NCBI GenBank assembly: GCA_051362555.1
Contig: CM120641.1
Location: forward strand, 12,958,001 to 13,022,000
DNA length: 64,000 nucleotides
DNA from: Lingula anatina
Taxonomy: Eukaryota; Animalia; Brachiopoda
Direction of reading: 5' to 3'
Shown here: positions 27,289-39,941 of the stretch, piece after piece
How positions within the stretch are numbered: position 1 is the first letter of the stretch
Layout of the letters: each line of letters begins with the position of its first letter
Notes under the pieces: generated by a model
Told to the model about the DNA's origin: nothing
Databases searched by the model: none
The model's input: only the letters and a program-made list of their open reading frames with translations
Translations under genes and position numbers: made by a program

Positions 27289-30200
27289 TCACTTTTTGTC
27301 TGAGTCAGAGGAAGGAATGGTCACTTTCACACTGCTCAGGAGTTGGTAGTGCCACACTGTAAGGTAACGGAGCTGAGGCATCAGAGCAAGCAACATCTGA
27401 AGACGCTTGATGCCATGACAGTATTTTTCTGCAATATAAAAATACCAAAATACCGGGAACTGCAGACCCAGACATTGGACATTTTTTGAAACATCTACGT
27501 AGCACTTTACCACTTTAAAGGTAATTCTTGAATCTTATACAATTGATGTTCAAATGCCAATGTTCATGATACACAAACATGTGTGATAATGTTAAAAAGG
27601 TAATAATTTACAGCAATGAACTTGTTGAAAAGTATCCGAGACCAAATTAAAAAATTTATCAAATTTATCATTGCAATCAGTGGTCAAGTCTTAAACTCAG
27701 GGAATCACATTTAACTTTTATATATAGCTAATGACAACAGAAATTACCTTGAATGTGAGCCAGCAAGGCTTGCAGGTACATCTGCCTTGCCTTTTCCATC
27801 TGATCTGGGTTCTGAAGCCCATGCCAATCTAAAAAATAAATATTTTTTTACCATTCTGGGATCAACTTCACGAAGTCATCATTAGGTATCAATTATGTGT
27901 AGATAGGCAATTTTAATCATGATCTTGAAATGGGAATTTAGCACAAGATGAACTTCAAAACAAACAAACAAACAAACAAACAAACAAACAAACAAACTAA
28001 AAAAAGATTGTGAACTCAGCCACTGGTTTCTTAAATGCCCTTTTATGATTTAGATTTGAGCAGGTCATTATAATGGAGCATATCAAAATGGTCAGGAGAT
28101 TAAGTTTGATAATATTAAAGTTTTCCTTACAATTCAGTATTTTTTCTTACCTGGTGATAAAAAGTTCAGAGCACACATCAAAGAACTCTCCACATCATCA
28201 AGATTGAGCATGTGGATCAGTTCCCCCATGTTCACAAGTTCAATCTGAATATATAAACATTCAAAATCAGGTTAATAATATCTTTGCTGAATTTGATGAA
28301 GTTTAACAAAATAAACAGAAAAAATAAAATGAAACTAGAGACCAAAGTTGGCAAATATACAAATACCAAATGAATATGCCAGTCTCCAGGGGACTCCAGA
28401 TATCTCATCCAGAGAAATAACCGTAGAGATCAGTAAGTAAGTAGTTGATCCTGTAAAAAGTACCAAAGCTGTTGTGTTAGGTGCTGGAGAACCAATAGCA
28501 TCCTAGTGTTATCTGTGATAGTCCACATGTAGCTGATTGATGTTGGGAACCAGCGGGAAATGGTACAATTCTACACTTGACTAATTTGAAAACAGTTCAG
28601 AAACATTTTTTTCAATAATTAAAAACTAAGTAATGTAGTTGGGAAATCTTCAGTGTATATAAAAAGTAATGAATGGTAGGTGCATTATCCATCAACATTT
28701 CGTTAAAGCAATAATAACTCTTCGTTTCGGCCAAAAAATGAATTTTCCTGGAGTAAACAACAATTTTCCCATACTTACCAATGGTTAATGAATCCATTTT
28801 TACATTCAAAGTCAGTCCCTGGTTTTTTTCTAAAAAGTTTGGTTTTTTGTTAAAATCTCTTTAGAGATTTTAACAGAGTATAGACATCAATGGAGGTCAC
28901 GTGGTCTAAAGACAAGTTCAAATATCAGAATAAAAGCTATAACTGCTGTTTTCTTGGTAAAACAGAATATATTATATTTCTATGAGTTATTCACAAGGTT
29001 TTTATTGTGAAATAAAGGTCTCATACGAAGAGTTATTATCCCTTTAAATATTCAACTTAACTCATATGGTTATTTTATAATAATTCAAAAGTGTAGTTTC
29101 TACGGTGTACTTGATGTCACCTGTAGCTTGGAAATCTGACTGGTTCATTGGTGATTCACTGAATTGTTCATCTACAACCAATCTCTATAGAAATCTTTAA
29201 TGGCTCATTCTCCCATGGAATTTTTGGACAATTTTAAGCATTACCTCAATTCTATTGCTGAACATAGTGCTTTTTGCATTTGAATATGTAGGCAGAACTT
29301 GACAGGCATGAAGTCCTTCTATCATACAATTATAATACAGATGTATCATATCTATTCTTCTTACTTTATTAAAATCATGTTACATGATCTTGTGAAGTGA
29401 ACATTTTAGAGAAAAGTACAAACGACACCCTTGTGTTTCGACATTTAGCATGTCGTTACTGAATAACTATGACATCAACAAAAATCATAGTCATTTATAA
29501 ACCAATGTAAACTATGTTGTTAGGCTTTATAATGGTTATTCTTTTTTAAAAGTAAGCCACAGGTCTTTTATTTATTTAAACAGTGTATAAATTACCTTGA
29601 AATAATACATTGGATTCTTTGGCTCAATTGTCCAATTCCAGAAATTACGAAATCTTCTCTGGTCTGGCATGAACCATTTGACACTGGCAAATATGATGAT
29701 TGCTTGAAACCCTCCAAACTTGAGAGACTGCAGTATATCTTCGCTATGGAATTTTCTAAAACCTTTAATAAATTAAATTCTCTAATTGGTCAAAGTTTAG
29801 AGTTAAATAAATAAATAAATCCAACAAAATTTGAAAGAAAAGTTGATGATGATCATGCACATGTGACAGTTAAAAACACTTGAAATGATAAAATAATATG
29901 GTACATTTGTTAAATCAGCATTTTTACTTAATCCTTAACATTTCTCAGTAATCTTTTAAATGGGCTTCTCTTTTAAATATATAAAAAATCACTGGGAACT
30001 CCTTGCACTACTTAACATATCCCAATGACAAGCAACAGAGGAATACCTTCCAAACTCATGGCAAATGCCACCTGGTACATTGTATTCCTAACGATGCGCC
30101 TTTGCACATGTTTCCAATGGCCCATGTCCTTTCCTTTCTTAGGCCAGGCAGGATCCTGAAATAAAACAAAAATGCTATAAATAACTGCATCAAAATTTAA

Positions 30201-32827
30201 TTTCACTTTGGTATGAATAGAAAATTTTAAAAATTGAATGCCAGGGTAATAACTAGATGATGCACAATAGAGGCATTTAAACTAAACAGCTTAAGAGGAC
30301 ACGTACAATACAGACAACAGATATCACTGCAAGGGCCTCAAAGTTTGTATATTACCGTGTCATTTTGTTGGTCTTTTTGTTTAAACTGATATTATCAAAA
30401 CATGAAAAAGGAAGAAACTCCACTCCCATAGCTGTTATTATCATTCCCCTGCTTCTATACAATTTTATTTTATGGAAATCCCCAAAGATAATTAAACTTT
30501 GCCAGTAATATACACAGTATTAAAAATATTTTTCTCACATAGTTAGCATTTTCTGGTGTCTTGGGTAGCTTATCCTCATCACAACCATCCACCATTATGT
30601 GGAACTCTCTGACAGTGTTCTCAATGAGGCGTTGCAGATCTGGCGTCATTTCTTCTTTGTGATTCTCAGAAAAGCAGGTCTTAAACCAATAACTCTCACA
30701 TAAGAATCGTTTATTCATCTCTTGCCTTGGACTGTTAAACGTTGGATTCAAACATCCCCAATTCCACTCAAGGTGTGGGGCATTTTTGACACACTGACCA
30801 TGTCTACTTTCGTCATCTTGTTCTAGTTTGCGCTTGCCTCCTTCCAAGGGGCTGAATTGATTATAGCCAGACATTTGTGCACTTGAACTGAAAGAACCAG
30901 TTTTGCTCTTTGGCAGTTGCTGTGCAGCTTCCACCTCTTCAAAGAACTCATCTATGAGATGATCTGATGGTTGGGTTTCTGAGTGTTTAACAGCAAAATT
31001 AATGGTGCTTTCATGAAGCAGCCCTTGGGTCAATTGAGATAAACTATTCTGGCCATCTGGTACTTCTTGCTTGCTGTGTTTTTGTAAGGTGTCATATAAG
31101 GCTGATGTCTGTAAAGGGGGCTCTTGTGCTGGTTGTGTTGACAGGCCTAAGAATCGACACATTGTACTCATTATTTCATGATCATCTGAAATTGCAGATT
31201 CCCCCTCTTTGCTTCCAGCTTCATCCCTCCACCCTGAGACTGGTGGGGAGAAAGAAGAACCCACTGACATGCCCTGCCCCTGAGATTCAAAAGCATACTC
31301 ATCTCTATAAACTCCACCTGAAGAGTTCTGTGATATATCTTTCATCATTTTTTCAGCAGGGATACTCTCTGAGTAACCCCCTTCAGACTGCTGTTGGTTA
31401 TTTATACTCATCAGTAACTTTTCCATTTCCACGTGTGTAAAATTTTCTACAACAGGCAACACGCTGAAAAAAGTATCCTCAGAGTCTCCAATACTTTGTG
31501 TGCTATGAACCCAATAGTGTTCTTCTTGTCCACTAGGCGGAAGCACCTGTGGACTGCTGGAGGGGTGGGCCCCTTGTCTCATGCTGTCATCAGAAAAAGG
31601 GGCATCTTCATGCTGCATGGGGATGTGCGTCTTCCAACCTTCTTCTAAACTGCCATCCTTTTGGAATGTCTGTTGAATGCCTGATTGTGTTGTGCCATCA
31701 TCATTACATTTTCCTTCTAAAAGAGCTCTCAGTTTGCTTTCAGAAGTATCTGTATTACTACACATATGACAGGCACCATTGGCCTCTGCTGAATCTGCTG
31801 GATGGCCATTCTCACTTATATTAAGAACTTCGTATATCTTTGCAATCTGTTTCTGATGGGGAGTCACCGCATCTGCGGTAGAGGTGCAGCCTTTATTATC
31901 CAATGCTGGTGACTGATCTAGGCCAACTCCTGCATGGTTTCCTGTGACCTCATGGAATTCAAAAACAGGTTCTGAAAAGTCCATCCTTTTAACTGTTGTC
32001 TCCGTTGTGTGGCCATTACCCATCACTGCTGAGGCAGAATCCTGAGAATTTCCACTGCCACAGTATTTCTTTGGCCTTCCCATTTTGATAGCTGCAAAAA
32101 TAAAATAAAATAAATATATAAATAAAGGTAGTAAATATAGTGGATTTTAAAAAGGATTTAGACTTATTTTCCATTAATCTATCACAGGTCATCTTCAACT
32201 GAGGTACAATTTCTCACACCTAATCCAAATAGAAGTTAGTGCTATTTGTCTGACAAAATTGTGATTCAGCAACATTCAAGGTGAAGGTTTATAATAAACA
32301 AAAAGTGAACAGTCCCTCAAGGACTATGAAGAACAGTGCCCAGTGATAGGAAATGGGACCCCAATGCAAAGCAATCACCATATACACCTTTGTCACATAA
32401 TGTCGCAACCAACTATGCACAACCCCAACTCCAATGTTACAACAAGTGACCACTTAACTTCAACGCAAAGTTGCATCATCTAAGAAAGTAATTCAAAACA
32501 GTCTGTGGTAACTGACTAATCAGAGGGCTAGAATTAATTTTTACCTCAAGTTAACCACTAGTGCTCAGTAATACTGCCCAGTCGCGTGAACAACAGTACC
32601 TTTTTTACTAAACACTAGAGCACTATTTGAAATAGTAAATGTTCACTGACCAATCAGAGGGCTACTATTCTACAAGAGGTATAATAATGCAAAACATAAC
32701 ACTGCCAAACATATCTCCAGTCAAAAAAACCAAAAGGATTAACACAAAGCAAAAGCCTACATTTTCGCTATGTGATAAAATCATGAATAAAATAATTCTT
32801 CGTCCATGTATAAGTAAACCGTGTGCA

Positions 32828-32873
<46 letters not shown>

Positions 32874-34637
32874 CTCTTCAACTGAAAATCTGGAAAAAAT
32901 CATACAAAGTTTTTTTAAGCAATTGACCTGTCAAATTTTGACCTCAGTTTCTAGCAAATAGAATTCTGAAACAAACTTGGCTTCATTGTCAATGCTCTGT
33001 GTTGGTCTTACCATCTCTTGACATTCCCACAGCAAGACATTTCTGGTATCTGCAGTATCTACAATCATTTCTATTCTTAGGATTGATTGCACAATCTTTG
33101 AGAGCTTTACAGTGATATGTTGCACACTCCTTTAGGCCTCTTCTAAAAAATTTCTGCAAAGATGAAAAAATAATTTAATTGCTCTGTTTAAATTATTATT
33201 TGGAGAGGATCTTAAACAAGAGGAGTTAAGTAACTGAATATGGAGAAATACCCTTAACCACATTAACATGACAAATCTCATGTTATAAATCCTACAGACA
33301 CAAAGATGTTTATTATAAAGAAATTCACATCATACAGATCTTGAGAACATACCTTGCACCCTTCACATGTTTCAACACCAAAATGAACTCCATTTGCCAT
33401 ATATCCACATACTTTACACAAGTTTTGTCCTTCATCTGGGCTTATGGCTACTGGCCTTTCTACAAGACAAAGATTTAGATATTCAAAACAAAGAATGGTG
33501 CAATCACCTCCTGGGTATGTACCACCAGCACTCACTGATCCCCAAAACATGGCAACTGCAAGTTGTATATGATCTTACAAGACAAGTTGCGGGCAAAGGC
33601 CTTTGTAGTTTATCAGAGGGCATAAGAATAACTTGTTTCCCCAGACCACATGGCAGAAAATGCAGTCACAGCAGATACAGGCCAAAAAGCAAGGTGTCTC
33701 CAGCTAGTGCACATACCTGTGGTACAATACATGACATTTTGTGTTTTCATGTCATAATTAAAAACAATTAAAGACTTAATTTATACTTTTAAAATTTCTT
33801 GCAAAAAAGTTATAATGGTTTGCCAATGTATGACTATTGAAGTATAATATGCATCATTTAAAATATATTTCAAGCACATTAGAAAGAAAAAATGCATTGT
33901 TTATTAAATATTCTTAAAAACTAAGTGACTGTGTTAGTATCTACAACTGGCTATTGGCACTGGAACAATAATTTATATTTATCATTGAATACAGAGCTAA
34001 GTGAGTTTATTTATATCACTGTAATGACAAAATTTGTCTGACTTGCACTAAATTGCAAATTGGTATTTAAAATTTACAAAACAAGAGATCAAAATTATTA
34101 CTATAATTATGTTTTATCGAAAATTATCATTATTACCCTTTCTATGCATTCCTACACTCAGACATTTCTGAAAGCGACACTGCTGACATCGCACTCTGTA
34201 GGGTTTATCTAGCAGACACCTCCCTACAGCTGCACAGCGGTAGTCTGTTTTATGGCCCTCACGAGTACAGCGGATATAAAAACTCTGAAAAAGAAGAAAA
34301 ATTACAACTCACATTGCTGTGCAAAGTGTTTAAACCAGAATCACTTTTCTTCATGAAAAATGTACTGGGATTTTTGAGAAACCAGAGAATTGTAAGTCAA
34401 CAGACCACCTCAAATTTATATTTTTGAAAAACAGTACGATAATTTCTACCCATTCACCCATATCCACTCACAATCTATGACTAAAAACCCTACCTTGCAG
34501 GCTAAACAAACCAAGGCACCAAAGTAAATCCCACTAGCAGGCTCATCACACACTGTGCAAAGTCTTTGGGAAGATTGTCCCAAAACAGTCTCATTGACAC
34601 TTTTCCCTATGGGGTCTGATGCCACCTGTTCTGACAT
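27289..34637 (-). CDS. Nuclear receptor with two tandem DNA-binding domains (2DBD-NR, likely B/delta-type), 894 aa; exons 34637-34494, 34284-34137, 33459-33353, 33153-33012, 32091-30539, 30155-30047, 29762-29596, 28244-28151, 27828-27748, 27428-27289
   Basis: DBD1: CTVCDEPASGIYFGALVCLACKSFYIR...CAAVGRC...CQQCRFQKCLSVGM. DBD2: [27 protein letters not shown]...CKALKDC...CRYCRYQKCLAVGM, followed by SRDAIKMGRPKK. LBD signature FAMSLEGFRKFHSEDILQSLK, then LNLDDVESSLMCALNFLSPD and RLQMLLALMPQLRYL. All nine introns are GT-AG with matching phases; 2685 nt open. Confidence 0.93.
32828..32872. repeat. (AAT)n microsatellite
   Basis: Read directly from the sequence. Confidence 0.95.
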
Positions 34638-35662
34638 GGCCACCTTAAAGAAAAAAAGTTATAAAGGATATATCACAGGGTTGGTTTGCCATTCTATATT
34701 CTATTTTGCACAAATGAGAACTTCTCTTTCAATATCCATGTTTGGAAAAAAAAACACTGATCCCATCAAAAATGCTTAAATTTCATGACTATTCCAGAGC
34801 AACTAGTTTAAATAGAAAGCAGGAAAAAAATCAAAATTAAAATATTTATTGCTTATGAACTGAAAAAATAGGACCTCTTTGAAAAACGAAATGGCCTTCC
34901 AGCATCCCCTTTAGTCATTCTGATCCACCAAGTCTTTATTTGGTTGTAGTAAATTACACAAATAGGTTATTTGATATAAGGTCCCTACTATACTTTGAAT
35001 CTAATTATGCAAGGAGAGACAATTCACAGTGTATAGCAAACAAAGGTATGTATTTAAAATAAGATCAATGAATAGTCACCAGTTGTATAAACAGGGTGTA
35101 CAGTCATTTTTATTTTCTGGAACCAAGAAAGGAATATTTTATTTTAAAAAGTTACAGTAATCCAAAGTTTAATGGATGTTTTAAAGTTACAGGTAGGGTT
35201 TATAATTTACAAAATAACTTCAAAGAGGATTTCCATCCATTTTATTCATCAATAATATCTACATTTTTGTTAACTAAATGATAAAAAATCCCCTCCATAA
35301 AATCATGGCATTTGTAACATGAACACGAATATTATAAACACAACCTATGGATCTACAAATGCATCTAAGAAAGGAGGTTGCATCTATACTTTGCTCAACT
35401 TACTATATTCAACATCAAGCACTTCGACATCGGTCAACTATCCAAGTTTAGGGTCAATATATCCCCAAGACTACCTCATACAAAATCAATGCTTTTCGAG
35501 CATTTCAGTGGCTATCATAATAAAAACACAGAGCTCAAAGCATTTATCCTAGACTCAACTCCTTTTATTTTGAGGGGACATAACAATCAATATTGGCCTA
35601 ATTTACTCCTTGAACTAGATTTTATCAGAAAAATATGTTTGTTGACAATCTACAATCCCATA

Positions 35663-35821
35663 CAGGGCCGTAGCCTCCGGGGGGGCAGGGGGGGCAGCTG
35701 CCCCCCCTGGGATTTAGAAGTTTCCACACTGGTAGGGGGACACCCCCTCCCCCCTCGGGGGCTTTGCCCCCTCATGTCCGCTTACTGCCCCCCCTGGCAT
35801 TTTGCTCAGGCTACGGCCCTG
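35663..35821. mobile_element. GC-rich 159-bp CAG...CTG MITE with a perfect 5-bp TSD
   Basis: CCATA|CAGGGCCGTAGCC ... GGCTACGGCCCTG|CCATA; 13-bp perfect TIR. Confidence 0.88.
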
Positions 35822-36957
35822 CCATATGTCTTCATTGTGGTATAACTTTTTTTATGAAGATATAAGCCCCTAATTAAGATGTTAAATTGCTTTATTATCC
35901 ATAAAATGTGAACGAGGCCTTTTAAGAACAATAGCTGGCATGGATATAACGCACTCAATGGTGTCATTACAGGTACGTAATCTATACCAGATTCTGCCAC
36001 AAAAACAAACTTTTCTTGACGAGGAAAAAGCAATTTTCTCCTACTCACAAAACATTTCTTGCCCCGTCCCTGCGCTTGGCTTTGATGCTTCAATTTCAGT
36101 TCACCACACAAGAATATGGTGTATTGATTTGTAACATGGACCTGTATAATACAGATTGTCCTTAACTAGCAAGATGGCATGGTTCCCACCTTGGTTAAGA
36201 GGGTATTTATGATAAAAGGTACACTTCACATGAACTTTAACTTACAGAGTTTTATCATCTTTAAGGTTTGAACTGGGAATATAAGAGGCTTTGCAGGATT
36301 AGAATATTTCTGTGGGGCATTTTTAAGTACATACATGTACTGTTAAATAGAAATTGCAACTCTGGATGCTCATGGAAAAGGAGATATCTGAGAAACTGAT
36401 TCTGCAATTTTCATCTCCAAAACAATTATGGCATCTTTGGTAAAATGATGTGTAAATGCAAAGAAATCAAGGCAATGAACACTGAACATTTATCTATTAT
36501 ATCTTATATTTAAGAACGATTTCTTTTGTGTGTGTGTGTGTGTGTGTGTTAGATTGTGTTTTTCATTTCTGAGGTGTAATAAAATATATACCTGAGATCA
36601 CAGAATATTTTACACTTAAAAAAGGAATGTCACCAAAAATGGGGCAAATCTATAAACCCGATGCCTAATATTTGATTTAGGCCCTAAAAGCTAAGCAAAT
36701 TGAAACAGGAAATGGTGCTTTTAACCAGGTTCCTTTATTAAAATGCGTACTCACAGAACATATTGGAAAACACTGTTTACTTGTGATGTTATTATTTTCC
36801 TTGAGTGTTTGGCAATGTTTTTGTTTTTCGTTTTTTTCCCAGGCAAGACGCCAATCTCCATATGTATGAATTACCGCAAACTGATACAAATAAATCCCTA
36901 TGAAATTGTATGTCTCACACACGAAACATCTGACAGATAACAACCAGAGAATCTAAC

Positions 36958-36982
36958 TGACGTGATACGCTGCCATGGTAAC
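36958..36982 (-). promoter_or_regulatory. Candidate alternative promoter of the nuclear receptor: RFX X-box-like motif next to a CRE-like site
   Basis: GCTGCCATGGTAAC (36969-36982) is one mismatch from GTTRCCATGGYAAC, and TGACGTGA lies at 36958-36965. The patch retains CpG, and a minus-strand donor GTGAGT sits at 36749-36754. Confidence 0.35.
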
Positions 36983-37261
36983 AGGTTGTCAAATCCTTAA
37001 TAAATATCAATATGCATATAAATGTGAATACTAGGAAAATATACAGGTAAAATTGCACATGTAATAAGTCATGCAGATATTAGATATGCGGGTAGCCTTT
37101 CCATATCCCTGCATATTACCACATTTTAAAAAGAAGTTCACCCTCATGGATCATATTTCCTATATATATATATATATATATAACAATGTTTGGGTCCTAC
37201 ATGTATAATTATAAAATATAATCTTCCTTATAAAAAAAGTACTGATGAAAAAATGCTAAAT

Positions 37262-37820
37262 GTAAAGAAAAAAAAACACACCCCCTCCAGGGACAGCCCG
37301 ACCCTCATGGGCACAAATTTTGAAGGGCCCTTCTACATATCTACTACTAATGAGAAAGGTCTATCAATCCCAAAAGTTTCAACTTCCTTGAGCACTCTTA
37401 TGTTCAAGGAGGAGATGCCAAAGTTTACAGTGAGCAAAAATTACTACCAGCCACCCCCTTCAAACCTTGGATAGCCCAACCCCCAGTTGCACTAAAATTT
37501 TAAAAGGCCCATGTACACCCCTGATTATAGGTCTATCAATACCCAATGTTGAACTTCTTCACTCTAATGGTCTAGGAGGAGATAGCAGAAATTACAATAT
37601 GAAAAAAATTAACCTCATCCCCTCAGGGGCAGCCCAATCCCCAGGTGCACTGAAATTCCAAGTGCCCATGCACACTCCTGATGAAAGTCATCAATCACCA
37701 AAGTTTCACATTCTTCACTCTACTAGGAGGCGATAGCAGAAATAACTAACACAGAGATGCACATATGGACAAGTTAACATGATCCCCGACTCTTGTCACC
37801 AAAGTGCAGGGATAATAACT
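37262..37820 (+). repeat. Helentron/HINE-like repeat with ~3 tandem subunits and a 3' hairpin end
   Basis: Same ~165-bp unit as 22440-22940. Ends with TCCCCGAC...GTGCAGGGATAATAA, resembling a HINE 3' stem-loop. Confidence 0.65.
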
Positions 37821-37885
37821 TGGAAGTCATTAAAAAGTTCAACTGAGGCTGCTATCACATTTCACGGTACTGTACTTATATGTAT

Positions 37886-38071
37886 GACCCTATTTCCAGA
37901 AATTAGATCGATCTACTTTAGATCGACCTAACTCCCTGGGGGTTCACGCTAAATAGCTGTCAGCCGAGCGGACACGAAAGTTAATTACCCCCTTACAGCT
38001 TGTAGTAGGCGGGACGGACATTTAAGCCAGATTATCTGACAGTACGATCTAAAAGCTCTGAGAATACAGCC
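37886..38071 (-). mobile_element. MITE family A, copy 2
   Basis: TAT|GACCCTATTTCCAGA...CTGAGAATACAGCC|TAT, giving a 3-bp TSD. Reverse complement of the 41056 copy with an internal deletion. Confidence 0.9.
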
Positions 38072-38248
38072 TATGTGTTAACCTTTAAAAAGATTGACAA
38101 CTATTTTTTTTATTAAAATAGCCAGACTATTATACTGCATTTCTGTAAATGATTCATAAAATCCTATGCTCCACACAGCTACTGACTTCAAATTGACCTT
38201 GTGACTTTATATGAAGCAAAAACCCCGAAGCATAAATACAGACTTTAC

Positions 38249-38254
<6 letters not shown>

Positions 38255-38334
<80 letters not shown>
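38255..38334. repeat. (TA)n microsatellite; further arrays are (TA)n at 39169-39224 and 47233-47304 and (CA)n at 38782-38826
   Basis: Read directly from the sequence. Confidence 0.95.
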
Positions 38335-38337
<3 letters not shown>

Positions 38338-38778
38338 CACTCTGCTAAAAGGGCCTCAAGCTTACATAATAATTCATCAATCAATGACATGTAATCAAGA
38401 GTGTGCATTATCACCTTTTGTTGTCTTCATGGTTTTCGCTCTAACTTTCGCAGGCTCAGTAAATACAATGCAATAAAAAAAATTAATAAGTGTGCAAGAA
38501 ACATCAATACATGTTTCCTGAGACAACTGAGACTTCACCTGACTAGTTAATTGGTAAACCAAATATCTGGATTCTGCCTAGTGACATCCAACAGGAAAAG
38601 CCACCAATACCCTTGACTGTAAGAAAACACAAAACCCTTGGGAAACCTCGCCTAAAATCTCTCATAACTGAACAAAAAGTATAAAGCTAACTTCATAACC
38701 ATAGCAAAAATACACCAAATGTATATACCTCATACATATTTTTTCAATAAAACAATTGCCACTTTATTTTACAATACA

Positions 38779-38828
<50 letters not shown>

Positions 38829-39153
38829 ATAAGATAACATTCTCTACATAGTAAACAAGACAGATAAAGTGAACCAAAAGCCCTACCTGAATATACATAT
38901 TTCCATGTTTTGTATTCTAAATTGCACAGAATGTGAATACCATTCTAAACATGCGGGGATTTGCCTATCATATGTCAATTTTTGAGATAATTTTACATGA
39001 TGAGAAACTTGAAGATAATTTGTTCCGGATAAAGCATAGTGATAAACCACGCTTTTTTTTCTTACATGCGTCACTGCAGCAAAATTAATCTGAGTCTGGT
39101 TAGAATTACTGAAGGTTCACTGTATACATATATGTAAAAAAAAAAAAAAAATT

Positions 39154-39228
<75 letters not shown>

Positions 39229-39532
39229 GTATTATTACATATAATATTATGATTGTAATTTCTATTGATCTTTATGTTTGTCTTTGCCTCTACTTATAGT
39301 TTCAATTAACTGTTTCAGTACTTTCAATAAATGTCAACAGAGAGAGTATTCATTCATGATTCATTGTTACCTCACTTGACCCACATCTCGAGACAAACAC
39401 CTTGACTAGCCTACAAATTTACAATTTAGCTTCACTAGATTCATTTTCTCAAAAAATTAATACACGAACAACCATTTGTAACGTTTCTGCTAAGCCTGTG
39501 TTCAAGAGATGTACAATCTTACAAATACTTAC

Positions 39533-39941
39533 CTAATCAGAAAATTTTAAAGCTATTTCTTATAAATGATCCAGCTAGCTGAGCAGTTCGCATGAATGTG
39601 GACCGCAGTACGAAAGGCAGGTGCTGTGCTCAGGAACTGAACAGGTCAGTGTGTTCTCACATTTATAGCTTCGTTTCGACACTTGCTTTATCTGTGGTAA
39701 AGAAAGAAAAATATATATTAAGTGATGTACACAAATAAAACTGCATTTGATATTGTTTTTTAATGAAAAATATAACAGGTTTGTGGTGAATTATTTACCG
39801 TACACGTAGCACAAATACTCTACTAGCTTCGACAGTCTGCCTGGACAGGAATAAAAATCCAGACAAGGTGGCCCGACTCGGTAGAATGGGTCAATATTAT
39901 CGACAAGAAAAATGTTTTTGAATTAAATACTGGTATATAAG
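39533..39941. promoter_or_regulatory. Probable bidirectional promoter and first non-coding exons of the nuclear receptor (-) and AVEN (+)
   Basis: CpG-retaining patch in CpG-poor DNA. Minus-strand donor TAG|GTAAGT at 39533/39532 and plus-strand donor AAG|GTAAGG at 39941/39942. AVEN acceptor at 40193. Confidence 0.6.

Noticed and set aside
27429-27513. In-frame extension of the last receptor exon (VVKCYVDV...)
   Set aside because: The acceptor at 27428 has a better pyrimidine tract and keeps normal helix 9-10 spacing. An alternative acceptor is not excluded.
31105-31824. Plus-strand ORFs inside the large receptor exon
   Set aside because: Antisense shadows of the coding exon.
33460-33720. 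Cys-codon-rich intron segment checked as a possible third DBD or extra exon, and the 134-aa plus-strand ORF over it
   Set aside because: The minus-strand frames I translated contain stops and no C4 zinc-finger spacing; the plus-strand ORF has no recognisable features.
38154-38476. ORFs with YIYIYI runs (also 47195-47383 and 61862-62149)
   Set aside because: Translations of (TA)n and (AAAT)n microsatellites.
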